Shown here piece by piece: positions 58,421 to 64,000 of a DNA stretch of 64,000 nt (position 1 is the stretch's first letter; every line of letters starts with the position of its first letter). The notes beneath the pieces were generated by a model, which had not been told where the DNA came from, made no database searches, and was given only the letters and a program-made list of their open reading frames with translations. A program made the translations under genes and the position numbers. This DNA comes from Marinicella sp. (GTDB lineage: Bacteria; Pseudomonadota; Gammaproteobacteria; Xanthomonadales; Marinicellaceae): contig OZ246001.1 in NCBI GenBank assembly GCA_965230295.1, positions 1,664,001 through 1,728,000 of the forward strand. Direction: 5' to 3'.

Positions 58421-59521
58421 ATGTTATTTAATATCCAAAGAGAAAGTTTATTAGCCCCCCTCAATCAAATCTGTGGTGTGGTGGAGAAAAAAGGTACTTT
58501 ACCTGTTTTAAGCAATGTATTACTTAAGTTAGATGGTGATACTTTATTATTAACAACCAGTGATTTAGATGTTGAAATGCGATCAGAATGTATAGTTGAT
58601 GCGCAATCTCAAGGCGAAGTGACTGTACCAGCTCATAAGTTTTTAGACATATGTAAAGCTTTACCTGATGGTTCTATCATTACTTTTTCTTTTGATTCAG
58701 GGAAGTGTTTGATCACTTCAGGTGACAGTCGCTTCAGTTTGAGTACCTTGTCAGCCCAAGAGTTTCCTTTGATTGATGATATGGAAACTTACCAACCCAT
58801 CAGTATGGCTGCTGACGATTTACAACGCATGTTGAAACAAACGGTATTTTGTATGGCCGTTCAAGACGTGCGCTACTTTTTGAATGGTTTGTTGTTTGAA
58901 GTTTTGAATAATAAGTTGCGCTGCGTTTCTGCCGATGGTCACCGTTTGGCTTTATCAGAATGTGACTATGTCAACAACAGTGGATTGAACAAACAGGTAC
59001 TGATTCCCAGAAAAGGTGTGCTAGAACTGCAAAAAATGATCAGGGATATGGATCAGGAAATCACCATTAACATCGGACAAAACCACGTAAAAATAGAAAT
59101 TGAATCCATCAGCATGACCTCAAAATTGATCGATGGTAAATTCCCGGATTATGAATCGGTGATCCCACTTAACATGGAAAACAACTTCATAGCTGACCGT
59201 GAAGAGTTACGCAATGCCTTACATCGGGTCGCCATTTTATCCAATGAACAATACAAAGGGGTTAAATTTAAGATCACCCAAAACAAATTGGAAATCATAG
59301 GTCACAACCCAGATCAAGAACAAGCAGAAGATGTGATCGCTGTGCAAACAGATATCGAAGACATTGAAACTGCTTTCAATGTAAACTACATTTTAGATGC
59401 CACCCAAGCCATCACTGAAAAAGAAATTCAATTCAGTTTTAAAGAAGCCCTGTCAAGCTGCCTGATCAAACATCCTGAACGTTTGGATTGTCGTTTGGTG
59501 GTGATGCCATTACGCATCTAG
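58421..59521 (+). CDS. dnaN: DNA polymerase III beta clamp
   Basis: LPVLSNV, RYFLNG, DGHRL, KLIDGKFPDY and VVMPLRI motifs. Confidence 0.98.
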   Translation: MLFNIQRESLLAPLNQICGVVEKKGTLPVLSNVLLKLDGDTLLLTTSDLDVEMRSECIVDAQSQGEVTVPAHKFLDICKALPDGSIITFSFDSGKCLITSGDSRFSLSTLSAQEFPLIDDMETYQPISMAADDLQRMLKQTVFCMAVQDVRYFLNGLLFEVLNNKLRCVSADGHRLALSECDYVNNSGLNKQVLIPRKGVLELQKMIRDMDQEITINIGQNHVKIEIESISMTSKLIDGKFPDYESVIPLNMENNFIADREELRNALHRVAILSNEQYKGVKFKITQNKLEIIGHNPDQEQAEDVIAVQTDIEDIETAFNVNYILDATQAITEKEIQFSFKEALSSCLIKHPERLDCRLVVMPLRI

Positions 59522-60598
59522 GTGTACATCAAGCAACTTAAGTTGAATGGCTTTCGGTGTCATCAAGACATCGACCTCAACTTTGATCAACGCATCAATG
59601 TGTTTTTTGGTGACAATGGTGCTGGAAAAACATCCATACTTGAAGCCATTTACTTTTTATCAACGGGAAAATCTTTCAGATCAAAACGAACCAAAAACCT
59701 GATTCATCAAGTTGCCGATGAATTGGTGGTGTTTGCACAGTATGATGACAATTCAGGATCCCAGGGACAACTGGGCGTTTCACTGAACAAGTCATTGAAG
59801 AAAACCATTAAACTGAACCAACAAAAAATCAGCAATCAATCTGAGATTGCACATTTGATGCCGGTGGTTTCTATTGACCCGGATTCCTATTTGTTTTTGG
59901 ATAAACCACCACGATTCCGCAGGTCTTTTCTGGATTGGTTGGTGTTTCACGTGAAACCTGATTACCTACCCATATGGTCAAAAGTAGCCCGGTGTCAAAA
60001 ACAACTGAACACTTTGTATAAAACAAAAGCGCTTAACCAGTTAAGTCAATGGGAGCATCAATACATTGAATATTCTCATCAATTGAATGGTTTGAGGTCA
60101 GAAGTGTTCAGCCAATTAGAAACATTGGTAGCCCAAAAAGTGCATCAATTCATTCCGGAGTTGAAAGGCTTTAAACTCAATTACTATCAGGGTTGGTCAA
60201 CAGATTATTCTCTACAAGAACAATTGAATAAAGACAGAGACAAAAACTTAATGTATGGCAACTTAAATGCCGGCATTCATAAAATGGATATCAAGAACAC
60301 TGTTGATAAAAGTCCGGCTCATGAAAGGATGTCAAGGGGGGAGAAAAAGTTGATTTCTATCATTTATTATTTGAGTTTTATTGAGTTAATTGCTTCAGTA
60401 TTACAAGTTGATCCTATCTTGTGCCTGGATGATATGGATGCAGAATTGGATGTTGAAAAAACCAAAATACTGGGAGATTTTATCAAACAAAGCGCTCACC
60501 AAATTTTCATTTCTACAGTGGATGAAAAGAAGTTGTTGGATGTTTTGGGCGAGGTTGGTTTGTTTCACGTGAAACACAATCAAGTTGATCCCAAATAA
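59522..60598 (+). CDS. recF: DNA replication/repair protein RecF
   Basis: GDNGAGKTSILEAI, GKSFR, RRSFLDW, SRGE and CLDD motifs; GTG start. Confidence 0.95.
   Translation: MYIKQLKLNGFRCHQDIDLNFDQRINVFFGDNGAGKTSILEAIYFLSTGKSFRSKRTKNLIHQVADELVVFAQYDDNSGSQGQLGVSLNKSLKKTIKLNQQKISNQSEIAHLMPVVSIDPDSYLFLDKPPRFRRSFLDWLVFHVKPDYLPIWSKVARCQKQLNTLYKTKALNQLSQWEHQYIEYSHQLNGLRSEVFSQLETLVAQKVHQFIPELKGFKLNYYQGWSTDYSLQEQLNKDRDKNLMYGNLNAGIHKMDIKNTVDKSPAHERMSRGEKKLISIIYYLSFIELIASVLQVDPILCLDDMDAELDVEKTKILGDFIKQSAHQIFISTVDEKKLLDVLGEVGLFHVKHNQVDPK
59943..59958. other. parS site (ParB loading site) within recF
   Basis: TGTTTCACGTGAAACC, 15/16 match to the canonical parS palindrome. Confidence 0.85.
60561..60576. 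other. parS site within the recF 3' end
   Basis: TGTTTCACGTGAAACA, perfect canonical parS. Confidence 0.92.
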
Positions 60599-60719
60599 AG
60601 TGCTTTGATATCACGTTTGATTAACCTCACACATGATTTTAAGCCTTGATTTCAGGGGTTAATTCTTCGTTTTTTAATCACTAAAAACTGGTATAATGTG
60701 TTGTTTTATTTTGGATTGA

Positions 60720-63110
<2,391 letters not shown>

Positions 63111-63112
63111 TT

Positions 63113-64000
63113 ATGAGTGACCAAACAACCCACAGAATAGAACAAATGTTGAATGAAAACCCGGTGTTTTTATTCATGAAAGGCACCCCACAAACCCCCA
63201 TGTGTGGCTTCTCAAGTAACACGGTTAAAATCCTCAAAGACTTGATTGGAGATGGTTTTGCTTCCTTCAATGTACTGGAAGATCCTGAAATCAGAGAAGG
63301 CATCAAGACTTATGGTCAATGGCCAACCATTCCACAACTGTATGTCAATAAAGAGTTGATTGGTGGCAACGACATCATTTCTGAGATGTTCAACACCGGG
63401 GAATTGCATGAGTTGTTGAATTTGGAACAACCAGACAGAACCCCACCCACCATAACCATCACCGATGAAGCCTTGAACCACATCAAAGAAGGTTTGAAAG
63501 ACATGGGAGAGCATCAACTGTTCTTGTCTGTTGATGATGAATTCAATACCCGATTCAGTCTCGAAATGCCCAAAGGCTATGAAATCATTGCTGATGTTGG
63601 TGATTTAAAAGTCTATATGGACATAGGGACAGCCGAGCGGGCCAATGGGGTGGAAATCAGTTGGGTGGATGAACTTCAAGGTTCCGGTTTACGTATCAAA
63701 AATCCCAATGAACCCCCTGCTGTACAGGATTTATCTGTGGCAGAATTACAAGACTGGTTCGATACTGACACGGCCAATCCCAAGGTATACGATGTCAGAT
63801 CAGCAGATTCTTTTGCAGACGGTTCAGTAGATCATGCCATCAGGTTAGACAAAGATGCCATTACAGACATAGAAAGCATGGACAAGGACACCCCCCTGGT
63901 TTTTGTTTGCCAAATTGGTCAGTCATCCATGTCTGCGGCAGAATTTTTTCGCAAAAAAGGCTATACCAAAGTGTTTAACTTAACCGGTGGTTACAACGCC
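63113..64000 (+). CDS. grxD: monothiol glutaredoxin Grx4 fused to Fe-S-biogenesis-like and rhodanese domains (runs off the window edge)
   Basis: Manual translation: MSDQTTHRIEQMLNENPVFLFMKGTPQTPMCGFS...WPTIPQLY...GG; then ITITDEA...GLRIKNPN; then YDVRS...VFVCQIGQSS...NLTGGYNA. Confidence 0.88.
   Translation, partial: MSDQTTHRIEQMLNENPVFLFMKGTPQTPMCGFSSNTVKILKDLIGDGFASFNVLEDPEIREGIKTYGQWPTIPQLYVNKELIGGNDIISEMFNTGELHELLNLEQPDRTPPTITITDEALNHIKEGLKDMGEHQLFLSVDDEFNTRFSLEMPKGYEIIADVGDLKVYMDIGTAERANGVEISWVDELQGSGLRIKNPNEPPAVQDLSVAELQDWFDTDTANPKVYDVRSADSFADGSVDHAIRLDKDAITDIESMDKDTPLVFVCQIGQSSMSAAEFFRKKGYTKVFNLTGGYNA

Overview
Chromosomal window from a gammaproteobacterium (mid-40s %GC by eye). Gene content and order suggest a marine Xanthomonadales/Lysobacterales relative such as Marinicella; this is inference only. 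The right end holds the replication origin region (mnmE-yidC-rnpA-rpmH / dnaA-oriC-dnaN-recF-gyrB-grxD), with DnaA boxes, an IHF site and an AT-rich stretch between dnaA and dnaN, and two parS sites inside recF. The rest is metabolic and envelope genes: the glyoxylate shunt (glcB/aceA, divergent), ppc, part of the kynurenine pathway, hemE, peptidases, transporters, BaeSR with a Spy-like gene, and a TetR-MMPL/LolA-like-OMP operon. No tRNA, rRNA, CRISPR array or prophage was seen. The least explained signals are: (i) a ~300 bp intergenic element at 16.15-16.45 kb whose hairpins carry DNA-type GNA triloops and tandem GA mismatches, all on one strand; (ii) a REP-associated HUH tyrosine transposase flanked by GGAG/GGAA-footed REP pairs; (iii) a 268 bp MITE with 32 bp TIRs and two inverted structured arms; (iv) a single ORF fusing an MMPL transporter to a LolA-like protein that keeps its own RBS, ATG and signal peptide. 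All family calls come from motif recognition by eye; no database search was run.
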